The position numbers were made by a program, and so were the translations under genes. A DNA stretch of 63,574 bases, counting the filler, from Phoronis australis (Eukaryota > Animalia > Phoronida), in NCBI GenBank assembly GCA_002633005.1. It is 9 parts of 9 records of this genome, joined end to end, with 100 filler letters (N's around TTAATTAATTAA, not from the genome) between each part and the next. Parts side by side here need not be neighbours in the genome. Positions count along the whole stretch, not along the records: positions 14,034 to 32,596 come from NMRA01000172.1; positions 32,697 to 35,240 come from NMRA01003623.1; positions 35,341 to 43,108 come from NMRA01000627.1; 6 more parts are not named here. One strand, written 5' to 3'. The notes beneath the pieces were generated by a model, which ran no database searches, was not told the DNA's origin, and saw only the letters and a program-made list of their open reading frames with translations. Below are positions 26,219 to 38,790 of this stretch, in pieces (position 1 is the first letter of the stretch; each line of letters opens with the position of its first letter).

Positions 26219-28952
26219 TACAAGAATGAAGGGGTTTATTAATCCAACCGTTGAGCACCAACAGGTGGAGCTCCAGCTGTTGTTCACTAGAATGCAGGCC
26301 CCAAACAACATGTCCTTAAATCTTCGCCATTTTGCAGTGCAGAAATCGAGAAGTTAATTTGGCTGACCTCGCACCTTAATTTCCAATATGCGTGGAATTG
26401 TGCATAAAAAAATCAACATTCCCATAGTGTGAATTGGGCAACAACCAATGTAATGAATGGTGGAGTATCTTATTTCCATGGAACAAATAAGCTACATTAA
26501 CAGTCCCCATCTTGGACCTGCATCACTATCATTGAACAAACACTAATGACACGCACAGACTGTACAACAGGGAGTAGGACATTTGTTTCTTCAATGAAAC
26601 CAAGATGCAGGCTAGTTTATGTCACTCTATTGTCCATGGATGGTAGATACACAAGGAGGTCAGTGTTAAATGGATGTTCATGGTAACCAGGTATTTGTAC
26701 TTAAATACTAAACGCAACATCAAAAAACAGACAATTTCTCCTTTAAACTTTGGTGTAGAGAAGAAAACAATGCGCAACTGCTTCATTACTTGTATTAAAG
26801 AACAGGCATTTAACAATGGTCATTTATATCTGTATACTTTTTACTGAGAACTTGAAAAAGACATCACAGGTAGCACTGTACATAAGAGATAGTTCTAAAC
26901 GTGTAGAATTAAAACCAAACATTTTGATTTTGTAAAACAAATTGCACATTCAAGTACAATGATCGAAGCGTGTCAAATTTCCACCAAGCAAATAAAGTAT
27001 ACATTGTCGTAAAAATTCTTAACAAGTCAATGGACTCCACAGGGATTCGGGACCACATGGTCTTACCAAAGCCTCCTGGATCGTCCTTGATAACAATTAC
27101 CTGCAAAGCATGTTGTGTGCAACCTGAGTTTAATCGCAGGTCTCACTGCTGGAAGTATCTGGTAGCTAGCTGATGAGGCAATACAGGCGACGAATAGTAA
27201 ATGTACACGTCTAATGAATATGATGAAGTACAGAGATTATGATTTGACACGTCATATCGACAAAACAGAAATTTTTAATTAAATCGTAACCCTGATCAAT
27301 GGAGGCATGTCACTGACAAAAGGTGATTTCACCATGCAGTATGCTATATACTGCTACAGTAGGTTATATACTGCTAAGCAATAGCCTAATTTGCCCAAAT
27401 TATAATTTAACTGTCACTGACTTAGCAATGGATATTAATTTCATCGATTCAGAAAGAGTTATGGTAGTTGTGAATCCTAGCAAACTAAGATTTCAACAGA
27501 AAAATCATACGTCACAATACTACAAACACTTGAAAATTGCTCCCATGCAATTAATACAAAAATAAACAATTTAACATATCAATATTCCTGTGAAAATATA
27601 TAACATAATCAGAACTAAAGGCATCCTTACAGTTTCACAGACACACTTAACTTAAAAGACACAAACACATGATACCAGGTTACCCTAAAGCCTGGGTATT
27701 GCCATACTTAGTCGCTCGCTACCAGATGTCCAGCAAACACTAAATTCCAGGCACATTTAAAAGACAGTTACAAATTCCACTGCCTAGACCATGCATGCAT
27801 TTCAAAGAATATCGCAAGAACTCTTTTCCAGTAAACTTTAAAGGATTCTTTTAGATTTCAAATCATTTCCAGCAATATTTGTTCCATACCTTTTTGATCA
27901 ACATCTTTCAGAGAACACTTTGCTTTCACATTAAAGTTTACCAGAGTTCTTGCAAAATTCTACCATGCTCTCTAGGTTGAATCTATTTTTTGTTTTTTTT
28001 ATACTTTTTCGATTTTTTTCCCTGGCCTGAAATAACAGGACAGTTTTTTTTATTTTATGGTTGTTTTGCCATTATCAGTTTTAAAGTTTTTAGTTTTTTT
28101 ACTTGTTAAACTTGCTTAGCTTACGCGGTCCTTAGTTCCATACAAATACGAGTCTTCCTCGGCAATCTTGAGTCTCAATACTAAACAATACAAATGAGTA
28201 GTAGAGATCGATTTAAACTGACAAAATCGGGACAATTGTGTTATGTGCACAAAGAGGCGGAGACCACTGCATGCAGGTAACCAAAACACTGCGCATTACC
28301 TTAAGTTGAGAACTTTAAGTGTTCCTCACTTGTAACACCAGGCTAACCATCACAGTGAGCAGTTCTGGCGACTCCCATTACGACACTATGCCACCAACTG
28401 CGGTCTCTTACCTCCATGGCACAAAACAATGACATGATTTGGGCTCAGTAGCTTGGATGTCATAGAAATTCACTAACATCCTATGCTCTCACAAACTATT
28501 CTAACACACATCATCCACTGTAACCCAATTCCAGACAAAAGCATGAACAGTAGACGTCAAACATTGCATTCTCCAATTCAGGTGTGTGGACATAAAATAC
28601 CTGTTTATAGAGCAGTTATCATCACATACCATCTGCTTGTCTCATTGAAGCAGATCAATATTATTTGTGCTTATTACACAGGACACAAGACACTGAATAT
28701 CGACAAACATAACTACTGAGCCTCGCACCATGACTTATGTATCATATTCTGAATAATAAAATGCGTTAGTAAACGTAATATGTCTAAGCAACACATTTTG
28801 TTTTCCATTTTTGGCATTTTTTAACTTTTTATGGTTTTTAAATAAAATTTCAGTCTGTACAAAATATTTGTAGACACGTCACAATGAACTGCTTGTGCAG
28901 TTTTTTCAGTGTCCGTTAAATATTGCCAGCTTTGATGCACTTAAAGCACAAA

Positions 28953-29630
28953 CTAATTCCTCTGCTTCAAAATCTTCTCTAAACTCTGTTTGTAGTAATC
29001 CCGCTCGTGAGTCAACTGTTTCACTTGAGATTTAAGTCTTTCGACAACATTCTCCAAATTTTGTCGGCTGTCCACTTTGCGTGACCTACAACTCTGTGCA
29101 TATGAACGATTTTTCAGGGTTCGCCTCCTCTGCTTGAGGACTTTAATCTCGGCCTTTGGTACGCCACGCAGTCTCTGATTCAGTTGAGTGACGGGCAATG
29201 AAATCAGTTCCTCGTCAGAAATATTGTGTCGCTCACAAATGAGCATTTGCTCAGCCTTCAACACTGCCTGTTCCAAGTCAGAGGTGGTTGTTGCGGTAGG
29301 AACAGGCAGAGAATTCGGCAAACTCACGGTGACGTTTTCAGTCACTCTACAGTCAGCAGCATCGACCAGTTCTGACAACCAGTTGTCTTCATCGGGGGTT
29401 ACTTCATCCAGCCATGGTGTTGGTGGGGTTTTGGGCAAGTCTGAACTTGGCGAAAAGGGGGACGGTGGGAACGTTGTATCGGAGAACACACTGTCCACGG
29501 GGGACAGAGGCTCCTTAACCTCCCGGTCGTCCTCATCCTTCTGCACGCCATCGATCAGACAAAATTCCAGATCTTCAAGACCAAGATCATTCAGATCTAA
29601 ACATGACGGGTAAAACGGTAAGGAATCCAT
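28953..29630 (-). CDS. MAF: Large-MAF family bZIP transcription factor, intronless, 225 aa
   Basis: First ATG at 29630 (MDSLPFYP...). Acidic and Pro/Ser/Thr-rich N-terminus ([23 protein letters not shown]), extended homology region [20 protein letters not shown], basic region [18 protein letters not shown], and zipper ending ERDYYK. Confidence 0.92.
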   Translation of the reverse strand: MDSLPFYPSCLDLNDLGLEDLEFCLIDGVQKDEDDREVKEPLSPVDSVFSDTTFPPSPFSPSSDLPKTPPTPWLDEVTPDEDNWLSELVDAADCRVTENVTVSLPNSLPVPTATTTSDLEQAVLKAEQMLICERHNISDEELISLPVTQLNQRLRGVPKAEIKVLKQRRRTLKNRSYAQSCRSRKVDSRQNLENVVERLKSQVKQLTHERDYYKQSLEKILKQRN

Positions 29631-29866
29631 GTCACTGATCGGCAAACGTAAAATGAAGAGTTCCCTTGAATTGAAAGGCAGTGTTAGGTGACCCGCGAAT
29701 CTTAGTGAAGATTATATGCACTTCTCTCCTCGTCAATAATCAGTGATCTCAAATGGATTCCAAAACACTCTGGAGATGGTGTAATCCGGTCAGAAGTTCA
29801 CGTTGGCACAAGGGAACACCAAACGCGTCCTCACCCCACAACGGCTTTGCAACAACAGAGTATATT

Positions 29867-29930
29867 GGGAAATTCCCAGCATTATATAGTACTGATGACG
29901 TCAGTTTAAGGTACGTCATTTTGAACCAAT
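29867..29930 (-). promoter_or_regulatory. Putative MAF core promoter
   Basis: TATATAA (minus strand) 29882-29888, full CRE TGACGTCA 29896-29903, half CRE 29913-29918, CCAAT 29926-29930 and kB-like GGGAAATTCCC 29867-29877. No upstream ATG in the inferred ~230-nt 5'UTR. Confidence 0.65.
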
Positions 29931-30447
29931 GAAAATGTTGAAAATATTTCTGCGCATGGCGTTGCTATGTGATGAGGAGTGTCCACATGGTGAATTTTCA
30001 GAAACTTACCTGTACATTCACTAACAATGTTCGTTTATGAGGCTTCAGGATATTCTACAATAGTTTCACACCAGAAAATCAAGTACAAACTTCTGAAATA
30101 AACGCTGTTTTTGAAATATTGCGTCTTGCGCCTGTGGGGTGTTGCTGTAGTGGCCTCTTGTAGTCGGACCGAATTAGGCCTACACTGAAAATTGAAGGTT
30201 TGGGTTATCACTTCCCTGATTTAAATGTCTTTGTGGCAAATTATATGCAATTGTGTGGCATCATGTTACTGTATGTTAAGTTTTCAAGAACGACATCGCG
30301 ACATTTTGACAAGGTCGAATCAGAGACGGCTTCGATTCGTCTTTTTTCGAACCCGCTGAAAAAGATGCAAGGCGTCAGCACTTCTATAGCGTCACCTAGT
30401 GTCAGACTACGAAAACTGTTATTCTAGCGGCTGCCTCCGGAGCCAGC

Positions 30448-30715
30448 CACAGGCGCTTGGGTTTATCGCAAATGACGTCACTCATAATATATAAGAAAAC
30501 ATAAAGGTTGAACACTCGAAATCTGTTTGCTCAGAATTTTCTACTCAAATGTGCATGGAACTCCACGAAACTAGCATCGAACAACTCTTAGAATACTTTC
30601 TTTCATTCGATCTCGATCCTGGCAAATTGCCTTCAAGTGGTAATTTGGCGACAAAAATGCCAAAAGAATGCCAAAATCAAGGACCTGATTCCGTGATGTC
30701 ATGGCAGACGGTCTT
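30448..30715. mobile_element. Left part of a TIR DNA-transposon family (second copy at 43641-44107)
   Basis: Terminus cacaggcgcttgggtttatcgcaaatgacgtcactca... recurs inverted at ~44035-44107. Internal 30555-30713 recurs as a direct copy at 43641-43802. Confidence 0.7.
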
Positions 30716-31314
30716 CGCACATACGGGTTTTGACAGACGCTCCCGAGCTAAATCCGAAAGTCTAATTTCGCACGGCTTTCGCCGTCAATCCATCGACTAC
30801 TTGATATGAGAAGCAGAGAGCACTTTATTGCCAAATAAATGTAATTACTCACATATTTGTGTCAAATATAAATTATCCTGATACTGTATTGATATGCGAA
30901 GTTTTTTTGTGTACTGTGATTTCTTCAGGTTTTACTTTTGGTCAAAACCATTGAATTAACTCGTCGGCCACGCGCATTGTAATACTCACGGACTGCGTTT
31001 CCTGGCCGAGTGTGCTTCAATCAAAAAAGTGCGTGATGTCAAGATGAGAAACAAGATACGCCAGTTTATGTAAAATTCTAAGTTAAGGGCTAAAATGAGC
31101 CGTCAGTGGAATAAAGTTACAAATAATCATTAAAATACTAACTTTAACATTCTCAATTAGTTGAGTTTTGGATAAGCGCCACTATATATTGGTTTCCCGT
31201 TTATTACTTTACGCGAGTTATTCGTTTGACTATTTTTGTTAGTTCTTCCGGTTTCGCCATTTGCAAATAAATAAACACAAGTATTTTGAGTTTACACATT
31301 TACTCTCATTTTAC

Positions 31315-32596
31315 TGGCGTGGCGGCAGCGTGTTCTTAACGAACCATGGCTAAGGCACCCAAGCAGTGGTGTCTGACGAAATCTGAAACTATAAACTCCT
31401 TCGACAATTGGAGACATAATATAACCTATGTTTTATCGCTGGACGCTAACTTTGCTGACTTTTTGCAAGGCGATTTTACTTGGGACAAGGCAAAGGTCCC
31501 TCTATACGAGGGTTGTTCAATGACCCGGACACTGTTCCTGAACTTAATGTTGGGACAAATCGCGAATTTTTGTCCAGTTATTTCACGTAACACCATCATT
31601 AAGCAGTCAACATCGCTTGCCTCCATCTGGCAAACCATACGTGCTCACTATGGGTTCCAAACGTCGGGTGGACACTTTTTGGACTTTGCTGAAATACGCC
31701 CTTCTTCCCGATGAGCGTCCGGAGGACTTATACCAACGCATTATGGCATTTATTGAGGACTTTGATCTTCTTGGTCCTGACAATACTATACTACACCATG
31801 GGTTACCCATGGCACTGACGAAGACGAAATGTCTCCCACCCTTGAAAACCTAGCTCATGTCCTGACGTGGCTCCGCCTCGTAAACCCCGGACTTCCACGT
31901 CTCGTGCAACAGCGTTATGGTCCCGAGCTGAGATCCAAGACCCTGGCTTCCGCAGTCTATCAAACCTGACATCTCCCAGTCTCTACAGGCTCTACTTGAC
32001 GAACTCCAGTCATTAGAAGACGCCAAAGTCATGAGATCGGCCTCTGCTCCCCGTTGTACCCCATCTCTTCCCAGCCGTCGACCAACCAAGAGTTGCGCTC
32101 TTCGTAAACAGGCCCGCCGGTCGCAGTTCGATCATTACCTGTCCCAGTGCCCGTTTCTGCCTGCGGAAGACAAGCGTTACTTCTCGAAGGTACGATCATC
32201 TGAGGTCGACGATCCCGAAGACTACAGATCTGTTTGATGTAACGCCCCCTGTGGACCCAGTTGTTCATCGTGTTCACATTGTCCAGTCCCCATTTCTCGA
32301 TGCCTTTTGTAATGGCCATAGTGTACGTTTGACCCTTGATTGCGGTGCCACAGGCAACATGATTCGTGAGTCTTGTGCCAAGTCCCTTGGTACGGTTATT
32401 GCCCCCAACACTCAGTTTGCATATCAGGCGGATGGTGTATCCCCCCTTAACGTTATTGGTGAAACCAAGATTTTGTTCACCCGTGACTGCCACACTCTTA
32501 CCTTTGAGGGATTGGTAATCAAGACGTTGGATGTCGATGTTCTCGCAGCCACCCCGTTCATGGTGAAGAATGATATCTCTGTTCGACCAATCAAGA
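31315..32596 (+). mobile_element. Decayed Ty3/Gypsy LTR retrotransposon (PBS, gag, protease; truncated at the gap)
   Basis: PBS-like tggcggcagcg (~31320), gag from ATG 31346 ([22 protein letters not shown]), frameshifted [15 protein letters not shown], degenerate zinc knuckle (..HYLSQCPFL) and aspartic protease VRLTLDCGATGNMI...LDVDVLA. Confidence 0.88.
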
Positions 32597-35500
32597 NNNN
32601 NNNNNNNNNNNNNNNNNNNNNNNNNNNNNNNNNNNNNNNNTTAATTAATTAANNNNNNNNNNNNNNNNNNNNNNNNNNNNNNNNNNNNNNNNNNNNGTAG
32701 TAGTAGGTAAACTGAAATAACCAAAAAAACTATATGTTCAAGTTTACACGTTGCATAGTGCTCTACCATGTCTATACAGTAAAAATTAGGAGGACAACGC
32801 TCAAGAAAAAGATGACGGGCATAGGGTAGACATTAATAGCAAGCGTTCAAAACATTAAGTACACCTGAGAGAACATGGAAAACTAATAGTATATACTAAT
32901 GAATGCAAATAAACTGGATTATAAGAAACATGAGTACTTACGCCAATATCGCCCCAAGTCCAACCAAATTCCGTAGAAAATAATTATGTACATTGACGTT
33001 TATCCACCATAAAACTTTTGTGGAATGGCGTTCAAAAAGGGCGGTACGCGAATAAATAGAGAGAGCGACTTGTGGCACACAAACTACACAGTAGCAATTA
33101 GTCTTTTCATATGGCGGGAAACAAGCGTATTCGTACGCCTAAATCGGAATAACATAACATAACATAACATGGCAGTCTGCAGTAACAGTTTTCATTGCTG
33201 CATTTAGGCAATGGTCTCTAAGCAAACAATCGGTTCTCGTCAACTTTGTCAGCAGGGCTCGACATAACGAGCTGTAGGTCACATTTGCAACCTGAAATTT
33301 GGAAATGCGAGCTGAGATTTTTGTCAGCTCGTATCAAGTCGCAAAATGCGACCTGGAATTTCCAACGAATGTGAGCTGAGTTTTTACACTTCTCAACAGA
33401 TACCTGGCAAATACAAATCAGCTCTTGTTAATCCGACCGTTATTTGGTTGTTGCCAAATCCAAGTTCAAAAGAACGCTAACCGAGAACAGCCCTTCTGAT
33501 GACTTGTAAGCAAGTCACGTGAACATGAGATATGCAGAATCGATCTTTGACGCGTTTCATTGGCTAACACTTTCGGCCACTTTTGTAAATTCCCGGATTC
33601 GCTGAAGAAAGTTTCGGGCCCTGCACTGCTTAACACGTGATAAAACTTCACAAAACAACAGTGTTTCTATTAATTCTTAAGCGATCAACTTTCCAAACTT
33701 TGTGGTGGACAAAAATGTTTATTTTTCACATAAGATGTCCTTATTACATGTACATACCAAATATCCACAACAATGTCCCTGCGGCACCGTTAGCGCGCAA
33801 GCAGTCCCGGCAGACAATCGTGACTTAGACTGAGATGTGCTTCTCCTTTTTATCATATTAAGATAGCCAAAGTGAAAATGACAACCTTATTAATCGCCAA
33901 ACGTCGGTCATGTCTTTACTTTCAGTTGCCAAGAAATTCTCAAACCCAATTGTTTCTGGGACTACGTACGCGAAATATGATTTGTCTTTCACACGTTGTT
34001 GCCAACGTAAAGTGTAGGCCTACTCCAGCGATTCAAGTGCGTGAACTCACGCGTGCGCACCACTTCAAAGAACAGCGACAGTCGTAAAAGAGTATACCGG
34101 CTTGGCTCTGGTTTATTTGAAAATGAACTCAGATTCCCAGCGGTTATGAAAGACCCGATGTCCCGGGACCGATATAACCCAGAACTGACGTTTTCCTGTT
34201 CCGATGTTTCCCGTGGTCGATCTTCTGTAAACCCTGTATTCTATGCCCGTAGCCAGCTATTGCAACTAAACTGGCACTAGATGCGAAATTGTGGTTCAAG
34301 TTAGCGAACTTTTCATTCTTCTCTTTATACCCCCCCGCAAATTTTCGCTCCCCGAACCACCGTCGCCGTAAAATGTTCAGACTCCTATAGAAACAACCTT
34401 GTTCCGGCTGAAGCGAGCAGTTGAAAACAAAATCATTCCAGGTGGCTAAAAAGGGTACAATGTAGGTGGTAACGATATCCAGAAAGTCACCCCTACTAGA
34501 TGGAGTTTGCCTCGCAAAATCGTATTATAACGTTTCTTACCTTTGCAGCGTTTTAATATCTTATTACCGCTAACACTAAGATTAACGACTATGCTCACGC
34601 ACAAGCCTACTCCCTACCTTTAAAGTGTTTCATAATAACCGCTCACTGATCTATTAAAGTCCCCCCTAAAATTTTGAGAATTTCCAATTAAACACCCACA
34701 GTTCAAGCTAGCGCCCATCATAGCGGACTGCAAATGACCGCGTGTGGTTTAAAATTGACACGCAGCTTATATGGTGTGTCACTTTCATTTTACACAACTT
34801 CAGTTTTCAAAAACGTCTTTTCACAATATGTAGAAACCAAATCCCAGCTTTGTTTTATACCTCGGAAAGAAAGTTAACACTAGTGACATGCGTGTCGTTT
34901 TGTGACTGACCTATTTTTCCCGTACTTGGAAGGTATTGAGGAGCAAACTCGCCATTACCCAAGTTAGTTTGAATCGTTAACGACTTTGACAACCAGTAGC
35001 AGGCCAGATCTAACAAAATCCCGGATACTTTTTCGACGGGCATTTTCCCCCTTTTCACATTGCAAATTTAGCTACTCGAATGCACAAGTCGGCAACTTGC
35101 CTTGCGCTCTAGAGTCTTTCAATGGCAGTCGTGAAGAACAGTAAGGTCGTACCTGCATGAATGAAGTCAATTTTTAAATCCGAAATTTGTGAGTATTTAA
35201 CGCTGCAGGTAAGAGCATAATCTAAACATTTTCTCGATGANNNNNNNNNNNNNNNNNNNNNNNNNNNNNNNNNNNNNNNNNNNNTTAATTAATTAANNNN
35301 NNNNNNNNNNNNNNNNNNNNNNNNNNNNNNNNNNNNNNNNGATTGATGTAACTGTCACTGATAAACTTTTAGAAATCATTCCAAACAATAATAATGCTTT
35401 GATGTACGAAAAGATCCCGATTGCTACGTCAAGTATCGTATCACATATCACAACATACAAAGATTAACCAGACTCTGGCTGGCGACTGACTGCCGCGAAG

Positions 35501-38169
35501 TCGACATCGGCGAGTGCCTCAGTTAACAGGCATCGGTAGAATAATCATGGAATAATCGTTAAAATAATCACAAACCTTACCTTTGTATGAGGTCGTGCTT
35601 ACTTCCTCTCATAGAAGCACCCATTTTACGCAATCTCAGATTTAGCTGGCACGGCTGCAAGTCATTTCACCGTGTATTTAAAGGGCTCGCGAAATCGAGG
35701 CTGTTAATCTATCACCACTAGTACACGCACGCCCTCTAGTTATTGTAGATTTTCCGAATAGCCCCATTGGTTTGTGCGGTACATGTAACACAAGTAAGAA
35801 GAATAAAGCAAAACAATTGTTCACTACCACAACACTGTATTTCATTGTGATTCTCCCTCGCATGTAATTTTAGTAGACGTACATTGGCAACAAGGTATCT
35901 GCAGAAGGCAGAGCGTAGCCTGTGCAAAAGCCTACACTGCAGACGACAGTGGGCGTGACTGCGAACGACTTGCCTCTTCATCGTGAACAGAACACACAAA
36001 TGAAAAGCAATGGATCATGTTATTAAACAACAAATAACGCTTACCTTTCTGGATCCTTATGAAACGTAAAAAGACACGTTTGGGGTTTTCGTGGATGAAG
36101 TAGTGCAATTTATCGCACTGCAAACTGCGCCTTTCCCCATTGTTCTCGCGCCTTCTACTTGACCGTTGCTTATTCACCACTTGGCGGCGCTAGAAGTAGC
36201 GATAACAGTGAACTTACCACTGAACTCTCATATTATGCTATCCTCCTTGATAATGATGTGAACCTATCCTGTAGGAATCCATTGGGTATTACGACTTCTC
36301 AATTTATTTAGTTTATTCATTTTTTTAAATATTTAGATTACAATAAATGAACTATTTAGGTGTAAAGGGTTACCTCAAAATAGTCGGTGAGTCCCCTGGA
36401 CTTCTTATAGCTTGGGGCCCCGCATACTCTTAACTGGAGCGATGTGTTATCAGGCGATCACAACTAGCAGCCATCAAAAGGCAGAACACTCTAATGCGGG
36501 CGTCGTAAGATCTAACACAAGCTGCAAGGGTCACGTGCAGTAGTTGACATCCCAGTTCAAGAACTCTAAGGTCAAAGGTATTGATTCAACCCCGATCAAT
36601 GAACACGTTGCAAAATTTTTTTAATCAAATACGAGTCAGTGGCTGTAGTGTCCACATGCATACTGCGCGATGGCACTTGGTTTAAGAAGCATGTGGTTAT
36701 GTGTAAGAACAGAGTCATCAGAGACTACACAGAGGAGCCCCTCAAAGTTGCCGAAGAAAATTCGAAATTATTTTGCCTGCAAAACTGTGGCTTTTGTGCT
36801 TTCTTTCGTCTTCATCGTAAGTGTTTTGTTTTGGTTTTTCTCGTGCGCCTGTTCAACGTGAAAGTGCAGTTAAGTATATACTTGAATAGCAGCTAGAACC
36901 AAGGTTACCCACAAGTTAACTACAGCTGTACATTCAGACTTTTTTCAGAATGATATGTAAGTAGGGTACAGTGACTCAGTGTAGCTGCACACAGACGAAT
37001 AAGTAAAACACGACTTATAATCTCGTACCTTTTTCTATGTATGTACAAAAAAGTGTAACAAAATTTTCGACGAACATTTATCTCTTTTTGTACAGAACAG
37101 AAAACGATACTAGTTTTTGCGCGTACAGCTATTTATTGGTGATTTGAACTCAACCATTGGACGTTTTGAACATTTCTGAGAACAAGGACATCATTTCGTG
37201 GAAAAGAGATTACGAGTCATTTCTAACAGTTTATACACTGGAAATTGTAACTCAATCACAGATCCTTCCTCGCTTCAATAATGATCAAGTTAAGTAGGAC
37301 ATCTTGGACAAATCTGCGCATTAAGCTAAAAAATTATGAAATTTAAACTGGGAAAATTGTAGGTTTTTTGAACGTAGAGAGAATGTATTTTTTTGACCTG
37401 TCAGACAAAAATACGTGATCTGTGCTGTATCTTTTGTGGGTCAACAAATCCCTTGGAAATGGTTTTGCATGGCTGTGGTGACACGGCCCGCAATCTTCCA
37501 AGATGGCCGCCAAAACTACTTCGAGTTGCAAAACTTCGCACGAACAGATTAGTGTGTCGTCTTGATTTAAACATTACATCATAGGTTTTCTAGGTCGACT
37601 AATCCATTGAGACTCATTGTGTTTAGCTGTAATGATTACCTCCGCCATTTTACAAGATGGACACCATAGTTCCTTCTTGGAAGAACTTCAGATTCCAAAC
37701 TGGACAAGCAATCTTCACAGATTTCATATCCTGAGTTTTTTAGGTCAACACCTCCATTAAAATAATGTGTGTCTGGTACTGATGAATGCAACAACTATTT
37801 TCAGGATTGTTAAACTTATTTGGGTGAAAAACATAAGGTTCGCCCTGACTGAAGGGTCCTCCTGACAAAATGCCCTGTATCGCAAAAAGTTCTATGCGAT
37901 TAATTTATTAATCTGCTACTAACACCATCTGACCATGTCTGTCACCTCCATTTAGTTGTAAATGCTAGCGAAAAGAGCCACAGTTGAGACAGGAGAAAGT
38001 TTCAGCACGGTATGTTTAGCAAGTTAAACTTTCCATTAGCGCTTGTACAGCTCCCACTATGTTTCTCTTTAGTGATGTTACAAGTCTGCCCGACGCAGAA
38101 ATTCTCAGTCTGTGATCAAAATCTATACATAAACAACCGGTATTTACACAACTAATCTATTTCAACTCA

Positions 38170-38790
38170 GAATGAATTGCTGCAGCTCATACCATTGCAT
38201 TCTCCACATGCAACCGAGTCCATGTATTGGAACTGCAGTCGGTCTTGTACGAGCACCTTAATGCTTTCAGCAGGTTCTCTGGTCGTCATGGGAATGAGTT
38301 TTCCACCTGCCAGCATTCATCCCCAATCCAGCGGCCTGGGCCACTGCCACGGAAACTTGACCACTCTTGCTCTGAAAAACATGTCCTGGTAGCATGGAAT
38401 TAAGCAACTGAAGCAGTTGGTGGTAATGACTCTATTTACACTGAGGCTAAGCTTGATGACACATTTTCCACAAATCGCCTTTATCGCAAGTCATCCAAAT
38501 TTCCAGAGCCAGTACCGCCATAAATCATAGACACAACTCTTTTGCCATCTTAGCTTGATGACACATTTTCCACAAATCGCCTTTATCGCAAATTTCCAGA
38601 GCCAGTACCGCCATAAATCATAGACACAACTCTTTTGCCATCTTCAAATATGTCTTGCTTCAGCTGCATGGGTCTAGTGAATACTCTAGCATTTTCGCAG
38701 AGCATTCTGTCACGCAGTTTCTTGAATGGGAAAGTTTTGCCAATACCGAACAGTCGTGATGTATCGCAACCACCTACATATAGACCTAAT
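38170..38790 (-). mobile_element. Academ-like transposon protein remnant (XPG-like H3TH motif plus Cys-rich C-terminus), pseudogenised
   Basis: GCDTSRLFGIGK..F..G...IYGG...LDDLR..RF....LPPT....H with stops, then a Cys-rich tail. Internal ~100-bp tandem duplication at ~38450-38645. Confidence 0.55.

Noticed and set aside
29188-29613. 141-aa plus-strand ORF overlapping MAF
   Set aside because: Antisense shadow of the MAF coding sequence, with no ATG start or recognisable domain.
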